Below are positions 28,974 to 39,236 of a stretch of DNA of 64,000 bases, piece after piece (the first letter of the stretch is position 1; every line of letters begins with the position of its first letter). The notes beneath the pieces are model-generated. The model saw nothing but the letters and a program-made list of their open reading frames with translations, was not told the origin of the DNA and ran no database searches. The position numbers were made by a program, and so were the translations under genes. Origin of the DNA: Sphingobacterium sp. (lineage in GTDB: Bacteria; Bacteroidota; Bacteroidia; Sphingobacteriales; Sphingobacteriaceae); contig JBEBWF010000008.1 in NCBI GenBank assembly GCA_040392285.1, positions 15,962 to 79,961 of the forward strand, written 5' to 3'.

Positions 28974-29843
28974 TTATCTTTCAAATAGCATTTCTAATGC
29001 TACTTTCCATTGAAAGTCTTCGTTTAATTGCCAAATACGGATGTAGTTAAATTTAACTGCCTTTTCTTTCGTATGAATAGTAGCTGTTCCCTGTGAATAA
29101 GCATATTCACCACTATATGCTCTACCAACGGAAACCGGTTCCGTGACAATATCTATCCGCTGCTTTTTCAAAAAAGCCATGACATTAGCTTTCCCAACAA
29201 TTTCTTCTTGCCAAGGATAATAAAAACGAGCATCTTCAGTCAGAAATTCCCGGTATCCGGCTTGATTGTCCGCTTTTAATATAGTAGAGAAAAGCTCATC
29301 TGTGGAGAATATAATATCTTCCCGTTGCTTTAATCGTTCGCGTGAACGATGTTTAAGATACCAAGAATCATCCGGCTCAAAATAAACGAGATCGGCTGAC
29401 TTTTCTTTTCCAAAATTCTCTACCTCCGCCCGAATAGCCACCTTCCAGGCCCCCTTTTTATCTCGTTTCCAAACGGTAAGGTAATGACCATGTCTCTTGA
29501 TAGCTCCCATTTTCTGAAACTCCATCTTACCAGAAGTCACTCCCCAATCCAGACTTTTGGAAACCAACGCAAAATTAGGTTCCCAAGACATCACATCTGC
29601 GATATTGGGTCGATTGGTTAGGTAATTGAATGCATTGACGGCTGAAGGAACATAAAAAGTCGATTCTTTATCGATGATCGACATAAACGCGGCATGTGGA
29701 CTTTGACTTTTCGCAATTCGGGCAGCAGTGCGGTCAGCAGATATCAACCCTCCAACCTTCTCAGGTAATTGGGCATGGGTTGGATGAACAAAGAAAATAG
29801 TGCAGACGACACATAAAATATAAACCAGCTTTTTCGAATTCAT
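28974..29843 (-). CDS. Secreted protein with two tandem NTF2-like (DUF4440-like) domains
   Basis: A signal peptide is present. There are two copies of the ...YLTVWKRDKKGAWKV / ...YIRIWQLNEDFQWKV pattern typical of DUF4440/SnoaL-like folds. Function unknown. Confidence 0.55.
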   Translation of the reverse strand: MNSKKLVYILCVVCTIFFVHPTHAQLPEKVGGLISADRTAARIAKSQSPHAAFMSIIDKESTFYVPSAVNAFNYLTNRPNIADVMSWEPNFALVSKSLDWGVTSGKMEFQKMGAIKRHGHYLTVWKRDKKGAWKVAIRAEVENFGKEKSADLVYFEPDDSWYLKHRSRERLKQREDIIFSTDELFSTILKADNQAGYREFLTEDARFYYPWQEEIVGKANVMAFLKKQRIDIVTEPVSVGRAYSGEYAYSQGTATIHTKEKAVKFNYIRIWQLNEDFQWKVALEMLFER

Positions 29844-29867
29844 TTAATCTATTTTGCAATGCACCTA

Positions 29868-31340
29868 TCAAATCTTATTCCAAAGTGTTCCGTCTTTACT
29901 ATCTTTTAGTTGAATACCTATTGCTGAAAGTTCGTGACGAATACGATCAGAGGTCGTAAAGTCCTTATTCTTCTTCGCTTCATTACGAATACCGATAATG
30001 AGATCCATTAACCGCTCGGTACTTTCATTGTCGCTCCCGAGCTGCTCATCTTTCAACCCCATCACGTCAAATACAAAATGCTGTATGACTTCTTTAATCA
30101 TCGACAGTGTAGTTCCATCAATCTGTTGATTCCCATCATAGATAGAGTTAATCAAGCGTACCAGCTCAAATAATTCCGCCATCAGCACGGGGCTATTAAA
30201 ATCATCGTCCATGGCCGCATAGCAACGTTGACGCAAAGCTTGGATATCTACATCGATTTTATTGTGCGCTGCCGGCACGATCTTATCCAGTAGGCCAATA
30301 GCTGCCATCAGTCTTTTGTAGCCCTTATCTGCAGCTTCTAACGCTTCATTAGAGAAATCTAACGTGCTTCTATAATGTGCCTGTAACATAAAGAAGCGCA
30401 CAGCCATCGGTGAATACCCTCGTGTTAAAAGCGGATGATTTCCGGTAAACAATTCCTCTGGCAGAAACCCATTACCTGCAGACTTGGACATACGTGCTCC
30501 ATTAACGGTAAGCATGTTCGTATGCATCCAATATTTAGCGGGCTGAATATGGTTACAAGCCTCAGATTGAGCAATCTCGTTGGTATGGTGTGTAGCGGCC
30601 AGATCCATCCCTCCACCATGAATGTCGAATTGATCTCCTAAGTATTTTCGACTCATCGCCGAACATTCGATATGCCAACCGGGGAAACCAACGCTCCAAG
30701 GGGAAGGCCAACGCATGATATGCTCCGGCTTCGCCTTAATCCATAGTGCAAAATCCAAACGTCCACGCTTCTCATCCTGTCCACCAAGTTCCCGGGTATT
30801 ATTCAATAGATCCTCCAGCTTCCTATTGGTCAGAATGGTGTAGTTGTGCTCCTTGACATATTTATCCACGTCAAAATATACCGTACCATTGACTTCATAA
30901 GCATATCCATTTGCCATGATCTGCTTGACCATTTCTATCTGTTCCGAAATGTGTCCAGTAGCCGTAGGCTCTATACTAGGCGGCAATGTATTGAACAGCT
31001 TTAGCACCTCGTGAAAACCCAACGTATATTTTTGGACGATCTCCATCGGCTCCAGTTGTTCTATCTTTGCCTTCTTTGCAAACTTGTCATCACCCTCGTC
31101 ACTATCACCTTCGAGATGCCCCGCATCGGTAATATTCCGTACATAACGGACTCTATACCCTAAATGCAATAGATAACGAAATATCAAATCAAAAGACACA
31201 AAAGTTCGGCAATTGCCAAGGTGTACATCACTGTAGACAGTAGGCCCACAGACATACATACCCACAAGATTAGGGTGTATAGGTTCAAACTTTTCTTTTA
31301 CGCGCGTTAATGTGTTATAGATGGTCAGGTTATGTTTCAT
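29868..31340 (-). CDS. cysS: Cysteine--tRNA ligase
   Basis: A HIGH-type motif (VHLGNCRT) and a KMSKS-type motif (RMSKSAGN) are present. 490 aa class I aaRS. Confidence 0.97.
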   Translation of the reverse strand: MKHNLTIYNTLTRVKEKFEPIHPNLVGMYVCGPTVYSDVHLGNCRTFVSFDLIFRYLLHLGYRVRYVRNITDAGHLEGDSDEGDDKFAKKAKIEQLEPMEIVQKYTLGFHEVLKLFNTLPPSIEPTATGHISEQIEMVKQIMANGYAYEVNGTVYFDVDKYVKEHNYTILTNRKLEDLLNNTRELGGQDEKRGRLDFALWIKAKPEHIMRWPSPWSVGFPGWHIECSAMSRKYLGDQFDIHGGGMDLAATHHTNEIAQSEACNHIQPAKYWMHTNMLTVNGARMSKSAGNGFLPEELFTGNHPLLTRGYSPMAVRFFMLQAHYRSTLDFSNEALEAADKGYKRLMAAIGLLDKIVPAAHNKIDVDIQALRQRCYAAMDDDFNSPVLMAELFELVRLINSIYDGNQQIDGTTLSMIKEVIQHFVFDVMGLKDEQLGSDNESTERLMDLIIGIRNEAKKNKDFTTSDRIRHELSAIGIQLKDSKDGTLWNKI

Positions 31341-31386
31341 AAAAATAATTATGAATTACGAATTAGGGATTAGAAAATCATCTCAA

Positions 31387-31517
31387 GTCTAATATCTCAT
31401 GTCTAAAATCTAACATCTCATATCTAATATCTAGTGTCTAATATCTAACACCTCATGTCTAATATCTCATGTCTAAAATCTAACATCTCATATCTAATAT
31501 CTAGTGTCTAATATCTA
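31387..31517. repeat. AT-rich 14-nt satellite (about 10 units, TCTCATGTCTAATA-like) with an exact 61-nt duplication at 70-nt offset
   Basis: 31387..31447 and 31457..31517 are letter-for-letter identical. An internal 14-nt periodicity is visible. The repeat fills the der-cysS intergenic gap, and its last 3 nt are the der stop codon. Confidence 0.9.
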
Positions 31518-32819
31518 TTTCTGTCTAAAGTATATTTGAATAGGAACACCTGTAAAATCAAAATTCTCACGCAATTTATTCTCTACAAAACGCTTGTATG
31601 GATCTTTGATATACTGAGGTAGATTGCAGAAAAAAGCAAACATAGGTGACCTCCCTGGTATTTGTGTGACATATTTGATTTTAATGTATTTCCCTTTGAT
31701 AGACGGCGGCGGATAGCTTTCAATCACGTTCAACATGATATCATTTAGCTTGGATGTAGAAATTCGCTTGGTCTTATTCTGATAAACTTCCATGGCGGTT
31801 TCCACGATTTTGAAAATACGCTGCTTTTCGGTAACAGAGGTAAAGATGACAGGTATATCCGTAAAAGGAGCTACTTTCTCCTTAATACGAGCTTCAAACT
31901 CTTTCGCAGTTTTGTGATCTTTTTCTATCGTATCCCATTTGTTGACGACAATGACTATTCCCTTTTTATTTTTCTCCGCCAAATGGAAGATATTAATATC
32001 TTGTGCTTCGATACCATCGTTGGCATCTAACATTAAAATAACAACGTCCGAATCCTCTAAAGCCTTAATGGTACGCATGACAGAATAGAATTCGATGTCC
32101 TCGTTTACCTTAGCTTTTCTACGTAAGCCTGCGGTATCCACCAACAAAAACTCATGCCCAAACTGGTTATAATGTATACGTATCGAATCCCGCGTAGTAC
32201 CCGCAATTGACGTCACAATATTTCGGTCAACTCCCAAGAGGGCGTTCGTTAAAGAAGATTTACCCACATTCGGTCTACCTACAATAGTAATTTTTGGAAG
32301 TGTATTCTCTTCTTCTTCCTCGGGTTCCGGAAAATGAGAAACAACGGCGTCCAGCAACTCTCCCGTACCGGATCCTGTAACAGACGAAATATTGTATACC
32401 TCCTTAAGACCAAATGCATAAAACACGGCGGAATCATGATGTAATTTAGCATGATCAACTTTGTTGGCCACAACATATACCGGTTTCGAACTGCGTCGCA
32501 AGATCTTCGCAATATCATCGTCTAAATCGGTAATCCCTGTCGTCACATCGACCATAAAAAGTATAACGGAGGCTTCCTCTATAGCAATATGTACCTGGTC
32601 GCGTATCGCTTCTTCAAAAACATCGTCCGAACCGTGAACAAAACCTCCTGTATCAATCACCGTAAACTTCTTACCAATCCATTCTGCTGTTTCATAATGA
32701 CGATCGCGGGTCACCCCGCTAAAGTTGTCTACTATGGCCTTTCGGCTTTCTGTCAAACGGTTGAATAGGGTTGATTTGCCTACATTTGGGCGACCTACAA
32801 TCGCTACGATATTTGCCAT
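31515..32819 (-). CDS. der: Ribosome biogenesis GTPase Der (EngA)
   Basis: There are two tandem G domains, each with GRPNVGKS(T/S). A KH-like C-terminus is present. 434 aa. Confidence 0.97.
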   Translation of the reverse strand: MANIVAIVGRPNVGKSTLFNRLTESRKAIVDNFSGVTRDRHYETAEWIGKKFTVIDTGGFVHGSDDVFEEAIRDQVHIAIEEASVILFMVDVTTGITDLDDDIAKILRRSSKPVYVVANKVDHAKLHHDSAVFYAFGLKEVYNISSVTGSGTGELLDAVVSHFPEPEEEEENTLPKITIVGRPNVGKSSLTNALLGVDRNIVTSIAGTTRDSIRIHYNQFGHEFLLVDTAGLRRKAKVNEDIEFYSVMRTIKALEDSDVVILMLDANDGIEAQDINIFHLAEKNKKGIVIVVNKWDTIEKDHKTAKEFEARIKEKVAPFTDIPVIFTSVTEKQRIFKIVETAMEVYQNKTKRISTSKLNDIMLNVIESYPPPSIKGKYIKIKYVTQIPGRSPMFAFFCNLPQYIKDPYKRFVENKLRENFDFTGVPIQIYFRQK

Positions 32820-32917
32820 ATTTGTTTGTCTTAATGCTCAAATGTTACTCACAGTAACATTTTTTGTTAAAGCCTACAAAGTTACGTAATAAAGTTGGTA
32901 AAAACAGGGAAAACAAT

Positions 32918-32943
32918 AAAGGGTTGCCACATGACAACCCTTT
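32918..32943 (-). terminator. Putative terminator hairpin after the HEAT/DUF1080 gene
   Basis: The 9-bp stem AAAGGGTTG/CAACCCTTT has an 8-nt loop and lies 20 nt past the stop. A moderately U-rich tract follows on the minus strand. Confidence 0.55.
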
Positions 32944-32962
32944 AGAAAATTCCAAAAGAAGT

Positions 32963-35900
32963 TTATAATTTTTTAATTCGGATATTCCGATAAAAGACTT
33001 CCGAACCGTGTCCTAGGAAACCAATATGTCCCGAAGTCTGGTTCAGGCCCGGATGATTCTTTTTGTCCAAGGTACCATTCTTAGAAGCTTCCTGGATATC
33101 ACCATCAACGATGACCTGTCCATTTAACGTCACCTTGATCTTACTTCCCTGGATCCGGATTTCCTCTTCGTTCCAGTCACCCATGGATTTTAACGCACCC
33201 CTCTTCGCAGGAATGATACCATATACAGAGCCATGATATTGGTAAGGTGCCAACTTCTTATATACCTCTGCATCATCATCCAGCACCTGAATCTCATAAC
33301 CTAAATAAGCAGCATCACCCTCCAATGGAGCGCGGATACCGATCCCGTTGTTCGCACCAGGGGTTAACTTAAACTCAAACCTATAAACAAAATCCCCAAA
33401 CTCATCTTTGGTATACATATTCTTACCAAATTTCGCATTTGGATTGGCACGTATAGCCCCTTCTTCATTGATTTCATAAGCAGGTGTCGATGTCCATTTG
33501 TCCAGATTAGTACCATCGAACAACATCTCAAAGCCTTCTTTTTTCTCCTGATCACTCAGCGAAAAGACTTGCTTTCTAGGTAATTCTTTGATGAAGATAT
33601 TTCTGTACCACACGGTTGAACCATGTGCTTGAAGTTCAATCTGCTCCATCGGGAAAATAGGAAGTTCACGGTCCCAGAAGTTTTCCAGCGTAACATTATC
33701 TACCACCAATTCACCATTTAACCACACCCACACTTTATCTTCTACCATCCTAATTTTAAAAGTATTCCAATCGCCCAATGGATTGTCTGCTACCTTCAAT
33801 GGTTTGGACTCGTGTACCTTATTATTATAAAGACCTCCAGATCCCACTTCCGCACCTACATTTGTCCGGGAAATATCCCAAATCTGCACCTGAGGAGTTC
33901 CCCTTAAATAAATTCCAGCATCCGGTTCCTTGCCATTTTTATCTAGCTTCCAATCGACCAACATCTCGAAATCGCCATATTGTTTCACAGTGGCGATATT
34001 TTTTCCATGCCCACTAAACACCAATTCTCCATTCGCTGCAGACCACGTCTCCCGCATTTCCTTGTCGGCGATAACTTGCTTTTCCGCGAGCTCTTTTGCT
34101 GACATTTTTGCACGTTTGATAGGGTTCTCTACCAACCCTTTCCATCCGGTCAAATCCTTACCGTTGAAAACAGACACGTAACCTTCACCACTTGGCATCT
34201 CTGCCAGATGACGTACAATAGCCTCTTTCAAATAGGAGCTTTCGCTTCCTGATAAGTTACCTTGTGCCTTTTCTAGCCAATCGCGGACATCCTTACCAAC
34301 GAAAGATGCATTATCCGTAGCAATATTCATTACCACGTCTGTCGCTACACCTTTCAGTTTCTCGTCCTCCAAGAATGTACTAGCAAAGGCCAAAGCCTGA
34401 TAAGTACCCGTTGCCTTTAGGCTGCTCAATGCAGATTTTCTTTGTGCATCTGTTTTGGCCAACTCAAAAGCCTCTCGCAACAATAATGTCTTTTGTTCGT
34501 CTGCTAGGGTACTTACATTGAGTTGTTTGATAAAACCACCAAAAACAACATTAAAGTTCTTTTCATCGGTCTCGGTACGCAACAACTTCGTAAGTGCTTC
34601 CAGTGATGACGTGTTAGACCACGAAGCAAGTGCCTGAATAGCCGGAGTTTTCAAAGCGTTGTCCCCTCCTAAATAATTTTCGACTGTTTTCAATGATACA
34701 GCTCCCCCCTCACCCGCAAAAATAGGGAAGTACTTCGCCGCTGACGGAGCTGCGGATTTAGAAATATTAGCCGAAAGACGACCTACTTTTGCTTCTTTGT
34801 CATTCGCATACAGCAGTGAGCCAACTGCCGCTTGCTGTGCATATTTCACTTGGTCGCCCTCGGCCTTTCCAAGCAATTCAATGACTTTCTCAAAATCACT
34901 ATCGTTAGCTACATTCGGTAAAGCTTGGAAAGCCGCCGATTTCACCTTTGCATCGGTCGTCTTCTCCATCAACTCAAAAACAACTTTGGACGATTCGGGA
35001 TTCGAACGTTGGCTTAGAACCTCCAATAACACCAATTGCGTATTGGCATCCGCCGATCCTAATGCCTGATTGATCTGATTAACCACATCTGTACCTTTCG
35101 AGGTCAATAGGATTGTTTTAATAGCCTGCTGCTCTTCATTATTCGCTTTGGGCAATTGGGCTAACAAAAATCCCGTATTGTTTCCTTTGGACAATACAGA
35201 CAATGTTTTGATCGCGGCAATCCTCGCCTCTGAGTCCGTTAACGATTTATAGCTTTTCTCCACGACAGGAATCGTAGCTTCGGCATTTTTATTCGCTAAG
35301 AACAGTAGTACACTCTCTTGTGCTTCAGGGCTAAGCTTTTTCAGTGACGAAGCCAATTTCTTGACCTCTGACGTAGAAGCTTGGTCTTTCAGCAAGTCCA
35401 AGGCTACATTTCGCAATACAGGATCGGGGCTGGCTGTAAGTTGTATTAGTTGCTTTTTTAGCTTTTTTGTAGGGTTTATTTTGGCCAAAAGCTCCAATGC
35501 CCCGACTTTGGCACCTATCGCCTGTGGACCTGTTGCTTCAGTATAGAACCCGGTCGCCAGTTTGATTGCAGCATCCTCATTGCCTGTTGTTGCCAAATGC
35601 TCCGCATAATTCAAGGCCAAAGCCGCAGCGTTCGCTTTATCGAATGTATAGTTTACGGCTTTTGCTTTGTTCACAAATACATCGTAAGATTTGACCGTAC
35701 CTACCTTGCTTAAAGTCGTTAACGCAACACGTTGGAAGTTTTCGGAATTATATTGCTGCAATAGCTCCAATATTCTGTCCTCCGCACCTTGGCCGTTCAC
35801 CTCTCCTATTGCTCCGATGATTGCCGTAGCAACTTTCTCACTGACGGCTTGTTGCAAACCTTGGTTAAGTGCTTCAGCAGCTTTATCCGAATGGATTCCA

Positions 35901-36367
35901 CTGAGGACACGGGCTGCCTTTTCGGCCAAATAATCATCCGAAAGATAAGCAGATACCGGAGCTACCGATTCATCTTTTGCACAAAACTTCAGCAGCTCTA
36001 ACACGTAGCCCTTATTGTTCGCATCTTTCAGCTGTCCCAAAGCTTGTAGCAACCCTTGTACGTATGTTGCTCTTAATTGTTCCTTACCCGACTGCATCAC
36101 ATATAGTGCATACGAGTTACTTGCAAATTCAATGGATGCATTGTTGCCCCCTTGCGGTTTTAATCCAGATAGCAAAGCCGCAACGTCTCCCTCCGTAAAA
36201 CCCTCAAGTTGTTTCATGGCCTCCAGGAATTTGGACACCTCTTCGGCAGGCTGTTGTGCCAACACGTCAGCAATTTTCGTGGCACTGGTCCTATGGGCAG
36301 GTTGCTGTGCGTATACTGCTGTCTGCAGCAGTAGTAAGACGGATATAGTATTAAAAATCTTTTTCAT
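32963..36367 (-). CDS. Secreted HEAT-repeat protein with two C-terminal DUF1080 (3-keto-disaccharide hydrolase-like) domains
   Basis: Signal peptide MKKIFNTISVLLLLQTAVYAQQ is present. About 700 aa of Ala/Leu/Lys-rich HEAT-like repeats follow. Two DUF1080 modules begin at FNGKDLTGW and FDGTNLDKW and end in VWYRNIFIKEL and VFYRNIRIKKL. Confidence 0.8.
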   Translation of the reverse strand: MKKIFNTISVLLLLQTAVYAQQPAHRTSATKIADVLAQQPAEEVSKFLEAMKQLEGFTEGDVAALLSGLKPQGGNNASIEFASNSYALYVMQSGKEQLRATYVQGLLQALGQLKDANNKGYVLELLKFCAKDESVAPVSAYLSDDYLAEKAARVLSGIHSDKAAEALNQGLQQAVSEKVATAIIGAIGEVNGQGAEDRILELLQQYNSENFQRVALTTLSKVGTVKSYDVFVNKAKAVNYTFDKANAAALALNYAEHLATTGNEDAAIKLATGFYTEATGPQAIGAKVGALELLAKINPTKKLKKQLIQLTASPDPVLRNVALDLLKDQASTSEVKKLASSLKKLSPEAQESVLLFLANKNAEATIPVVEKSYKSLTDSEARIAAIKTLSVLSKGNNTGFLLAQLPKANNEEQQAIKTILLTSKGTDVVNQINQALGSADANTQLVLLEVLSQRSNPESSKVVFELMEKTTDAKVKSAAFQALPNVANDSDFEKVIELLGKAEGDQVKYAQQAAVGSLLYANDKEAKVGRLSANISKSAAPSAAKYFPIFAGEGGAVSLKTVENYLGGDNALKTPAIQALASWSNTSSLEALTKLLRTETDEKNFNVVFGGFIKQLNVSTLADEQKTLLLREAFELAKTDAQRKSALSSLKATGTYQALAFASTFLEDEKLKGVATDVVMNIATDNASFVGKDVRDWLEKAQGNLSGSESSYLKEAIVRHLAEMPSGEGYVSVFNGKDLTGWKGLVENPIKRAKMSAKELAEKQVIADKEMRETWSAANGELVFSGHGKNIATVKQYGDFEMLVDWKLDKNGKEPDAGIYLRGTPQVQIWDISRTNVGAEVGSGGLYNNKVHESKPLKVADNPLGDWNTFKIRMVEDKVWVWLNGELVVDNVTLENFWDRELPIFPMEQIELQAHGSTVWYRNIFIKELPRKQVFSLSDQEKKEGFEMLFDGTNLDKWTSTPAYEINEEGAIRANPNAKFGKNMYTKDEFGDFVYRFEFKLTPGANNGIGIRAPLEGDAAYLGYEIQVLDDDAEVYKKLAPYQYHGSVYGIIPAKRGALKSMGDWNEEEIRIQGSKIKVTLNGQVIVDGDIQEASKNGTLDKKNHPGLNQTSGHIGFLGHGSEVFYRNIRIKKL

Positions 36368-36378
36368 GGATAGATAAA

Positions 36379-37647
36379 TTAGATAGTCCAGGGACCTCTC
36401 AGGGGTTGATAAATTAGTCTATTAGCTGCTTCATCATTCACAAACTCTTGTTTGGTCGAATCGAAATGCAATGTCCTGTTCAGCCGTAACGCGGCCAGGC
36501 CCAGATTGACCAATGTACAGGAATAGTATCCATTCTGCTCATTCAGTGCAAACTTCTGGCGTGTACGGACAGCCTCCACAAAATCCGTCATCTGCGGTGC
36601 TGGATCGGGGTATTGCGCCAGCTTTCTTTCCAAATCAGGGATATCCGACACAAAGCCGCGGTATAGCTTCCCCTTAGGACCTTCGACATAGGCCTTGCCA
36701 ACTTCCGTCCCTGCACCGTCTAAGATAATCTGACATCCATCGGCATAGGTATACGTGATCTTACGCCAAGTTCCTACGGCATCAGAATGTTGTTGTGGAG
36801 CATCTACCTCTATCTTAACAGGACTTTCGTTGTCTTTACCTAGGAAATACTGTACCGGATCGAGATAATGTTGTCCCATATCACCTAAACCTCCTCCGTC
36901 ATAATCCCAATAACCACGGAAGGTTGTGTGTACACGGTGCGCACTATAAGGTTTATGGGGGGCCGGGCCTAACCACATGTCGTAATCCAATTCCTTAGGT
37001 ACTTCCTGTACAGGCAAATTCTCTTTACCTACCCAATAGAATTTCCAGTCAAAACCCGTATGCTTACTGATCGTCACCTTAAGTGGCCATCCGAGCATAC
37101 CCGTATCCACGACTTTCTTAATTTTCTTTACTGGGACATTCATGCCATAGAAGTTGGCATCGAACCGGAACCAAGTGTTCAGCCTAAAGATATTGCCATG
37201 CTGCGCGACGGCCTCTTTCACCTTTTTCCCTTCACCAATTGTTCTGGTCATCGGTTTCTCACACCAAATATCTTTTCCCGAACGGGCCGCCTCAATAGCC
37301 ATTACCCCATGCCAATGTGGTGGGGTCGCTATGTGGACAATATCTACTTCAGGATTCTGGATAAGTTCGCGGAAATCGTGATGCTCCTTAACCCCTCCAC
37401 CCAATGCCTTTTGAGCTATGGCTAAATGGCGGGTATCTACATCACATATAGCCACCGTCTTTGTTCCTGCATATTTAAAGTGTCCACGTCCCATGGAACC
37501 AACTCCAATTACCCCTTTGGTCAAATGGTCACTCGGTGCCAAATAACCTTTTCCAAGAACATGTCTCGGAACGATTGCAAACGACGCTGCGGCGAGCATA
37601 GACTTCTTTAAGAAGTCGCGTCTAGAAGATAAATTAGGTTTAAACAT
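36379..37647 (-). CDS. Gfo/Idh/MocA family oxidoreductase with twin-arginine signal
   Basis: The TAT motif SRRDFLKKSMLAAASFAI is present. The Rossmann motif is GVIGVGSMGRGH. 422 aa. Confidence 0.9.
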   Translation of the reverse strand: MFKPNLSSRRDFLKKSMLAAASFAIVPRHVLGKGYLAPSDHLTKGVIGVGSMGRGHFKYAGTKTVAICDVDTRHLAIAQKALGGGVKEHHDFRELIQNPEVDIVHIATPPHWHGVMAIEAARSGKDIWCEKPMTRTIGEGKKVKEAVAQHGNIFRLNTWFRFDANFYGMNVPVKKIKKVVDTGMLGWPLKVTISKHTGFDWKFYWVGKENLPVQEVPKELDYDMWLGPAPHKPYSAHRVHTTFRGYWDYDGGGLGDMGQHYLDPVQYFLGKDNESPVKIEVDAPQQHSDAVGTWRKITYTYADGCQIILDGAGTEVGKAYVEGPKGKLYRGFVSDIPDLERKLAQYPDPAPQMTDFVEAVRTRQKFALNEQNGYYSCTLVNLGLAALRLNRTLHFDSTKQEFVNDEAANRLIYQPLRGPWTI

Positions 37648-37733
37648 TTATAAAAAATTTTAATGTATTAAAAAAATTAACCACACTTCCCATCCCCTTC
37701 TCCTTAATTATTGCACAGTTCTTCTCCAAAAAA

Positions 37734-38981
37734 TTAGTTCAATAAATCCAAGTTTTGTTCAAAATATTTTTCAAAGGTATACCTGACCAAGCCCTTGGCA
37801 TATCCATTGTTATCTAGTGGTGACAGCTCCACCACTGTATTTTTACGTATCGCATTCATCGTATAGGTGTTGAGGCTTTGCTGAATAGGTATGGTAATAA
37901 GCGATCCCGCCTTAGCAAATTTACCACTCAACACAATAGATTCAGGATTTAAAATCTGCATGAGCATCGAAATGGCTTTTCCCAAATTTCTTCCTAAGGA
38001 GGAAATTAAATCAATCGCATATTGATCGCCTTTATTGGCCACTTCTATAATATGCTGGGGCTGCAAATCATCTAAATCCACCAACCCATTTAATAGTGTG
38101 GGCACACCAGCACTAATATCTGCCTTTGCCTGATTGACCAAATATACCCCTGAAGCAATCGTTTCAAGACATCCACGTTTACCACAATAACACAAATCCC
38201 CATCTTCAACGAAAACCATATGCCCCATCTCACCCGAAAAACCATCATTCCCCATATACACCATACCATTGCTAATGATCCCCAAACCAATCCCCCAATC
38301 CATCAGAATTACTAACACATTCTTCTTATCCCGCGCAGCCCCATAAACAAGTTCACTTAAAGCAGCTACTTTAACATCATTGGCCACAGTGACATATTTG
38401 TTATACCTGTCGCTAAGATATGCACTGATATCAAACCCAGCCCCCTCCCCCGTATAGAAGGTTTGGTTAGTCGACGTATTGGAATTGACCAAACCAGGCA
38501 TATTGAGACCTATGGCTGAAATCTTCTCCAGGTCTACTTTCAGTTCTGTGAGATATGTATTTATAATAGACACCAAATCTTCAATCTTCGAAGAATCGAC
38601 ATGAATTTCAAATGCATATGATTTTGGCTGATAAACAATATTATTATTATTGTCCAAAACAACCACTCTTATTGAAAACCGCTCGATTTCAACACACAAA
38701 ACATTAAATATGCCATCATTAATCTGATAAAGCACAGGCCTTCTACCTCCAATGGACTCGCCTTTTTCCTTCGCAACGACCAACCCCCTCTCCAATAGAT
38801 CAAGAACAATGGTGTTGATTGTCGGAAAACTAAACCCCATCTCCAGTGATAAATCGCTTACCGCAGCCATCTCTCTTTTGAAAACAACCTTTAACAGCTT
38901 TACTTTATTTAGTACAGCCTTTTTATTCTTTGTCGAATCCGAATCATTTCTTTGTTCCAATAACTCCTCTAGCTTGCGCAT
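37734..38981 (-). CDS. ROK family transcriptional regulator
   Basis: An N-terminal winged-helix domain is present. The ROK zinc motif is GHMVFVEDGDLCYCGKRGCLE. The ATG at 38981 (MRKLEELLEQ) is preferred over 39011. Confidence 0.85.
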   Translation of the reverse strand: MRKLEELLEQRNDSDSTKNKKAVLNKVKLLKVVFKREMAAVSDLSLEMGFSFPTINTIVLDLLERGLVVAKEKGESIGGRRPVLYQINDGIFNVLCVEIERFSIRVVVLDNNNNIVYQPKSYAFEIHVDSSKIEDLVSIINTYLTELKVDLEKISAIGLNMPGLVNSNTSTNQTFYTGEGAGFDISAYLSDRYNKYVTVANDVKVAALSELVYGAARDKKNVLVILMDWGIGLGIISNGMVYMGNDGFSGEMGHMVFVEDGDLCYCGKRGCLETIASGVYLVNQAKADISAGVPTLLNGLVDLDDLQPQHIIEVANKGDQYAIDLISSLGRNLGKAISMLMQILNPESIVLSGKFAKAGSLITIPIQQSLNTYTMNAIRKNTVVELSPLDNNGYAKGLVRYTFEKYFEQNLDLLN

Positions 38982-39193
38982 AATCCAAGTTTGAGTTAAA
39001 ATTAAGAACATTCAGCACTAAAAACAAGAATAATTTTAAAAAAAAATACAAGTTTATTTATTTTTTTAATAAAGTATATTAAGTTAACATATATTTGACG
39101 CGATGTCAAATTTGTTACACGCCCAACAGATAAGTCAGCTAACGTTTCCTTCTAAAATCAACAACAAGGTATTGAATATTAAACATTTTTTAT

Positions 39194-39201
39194 TACTTTT
39201 G
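39194..39201 (+). promoter_or_regulatory. Candidate -7 promoter box TACTTTTG
   Basis: TAnnTTTG match 36 nt upstream of the rplY ATG. Confidence 0.4.
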
Positions 39202-39236
39202 CAGCTCAAAAAATTATTATATTAATAATATTACAC

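Noticed and set aside
31387-31517. Possibility that the der-cysS repeats are a CRISPR array or a mobile element end
   Set aside because: The periodicity is 14 nt with a 70-nt higher-order copy. The sequence is AT-rich and low-complexity, with no spacers and no flanking mobility genes. This is consistent with a slippage satellite.
33778-36377. Series of plus-strand ORFs (for example 34797..35069, 35691..35933, 36015..36377) antisense to the HEAT/DUF1080 gene
   Set aside because: They are shadow ORFs caused by the Ala/Leu-rich codon usage of the sense strand. The sense gene is a continuous 1134-aa frame with recognisable domains.
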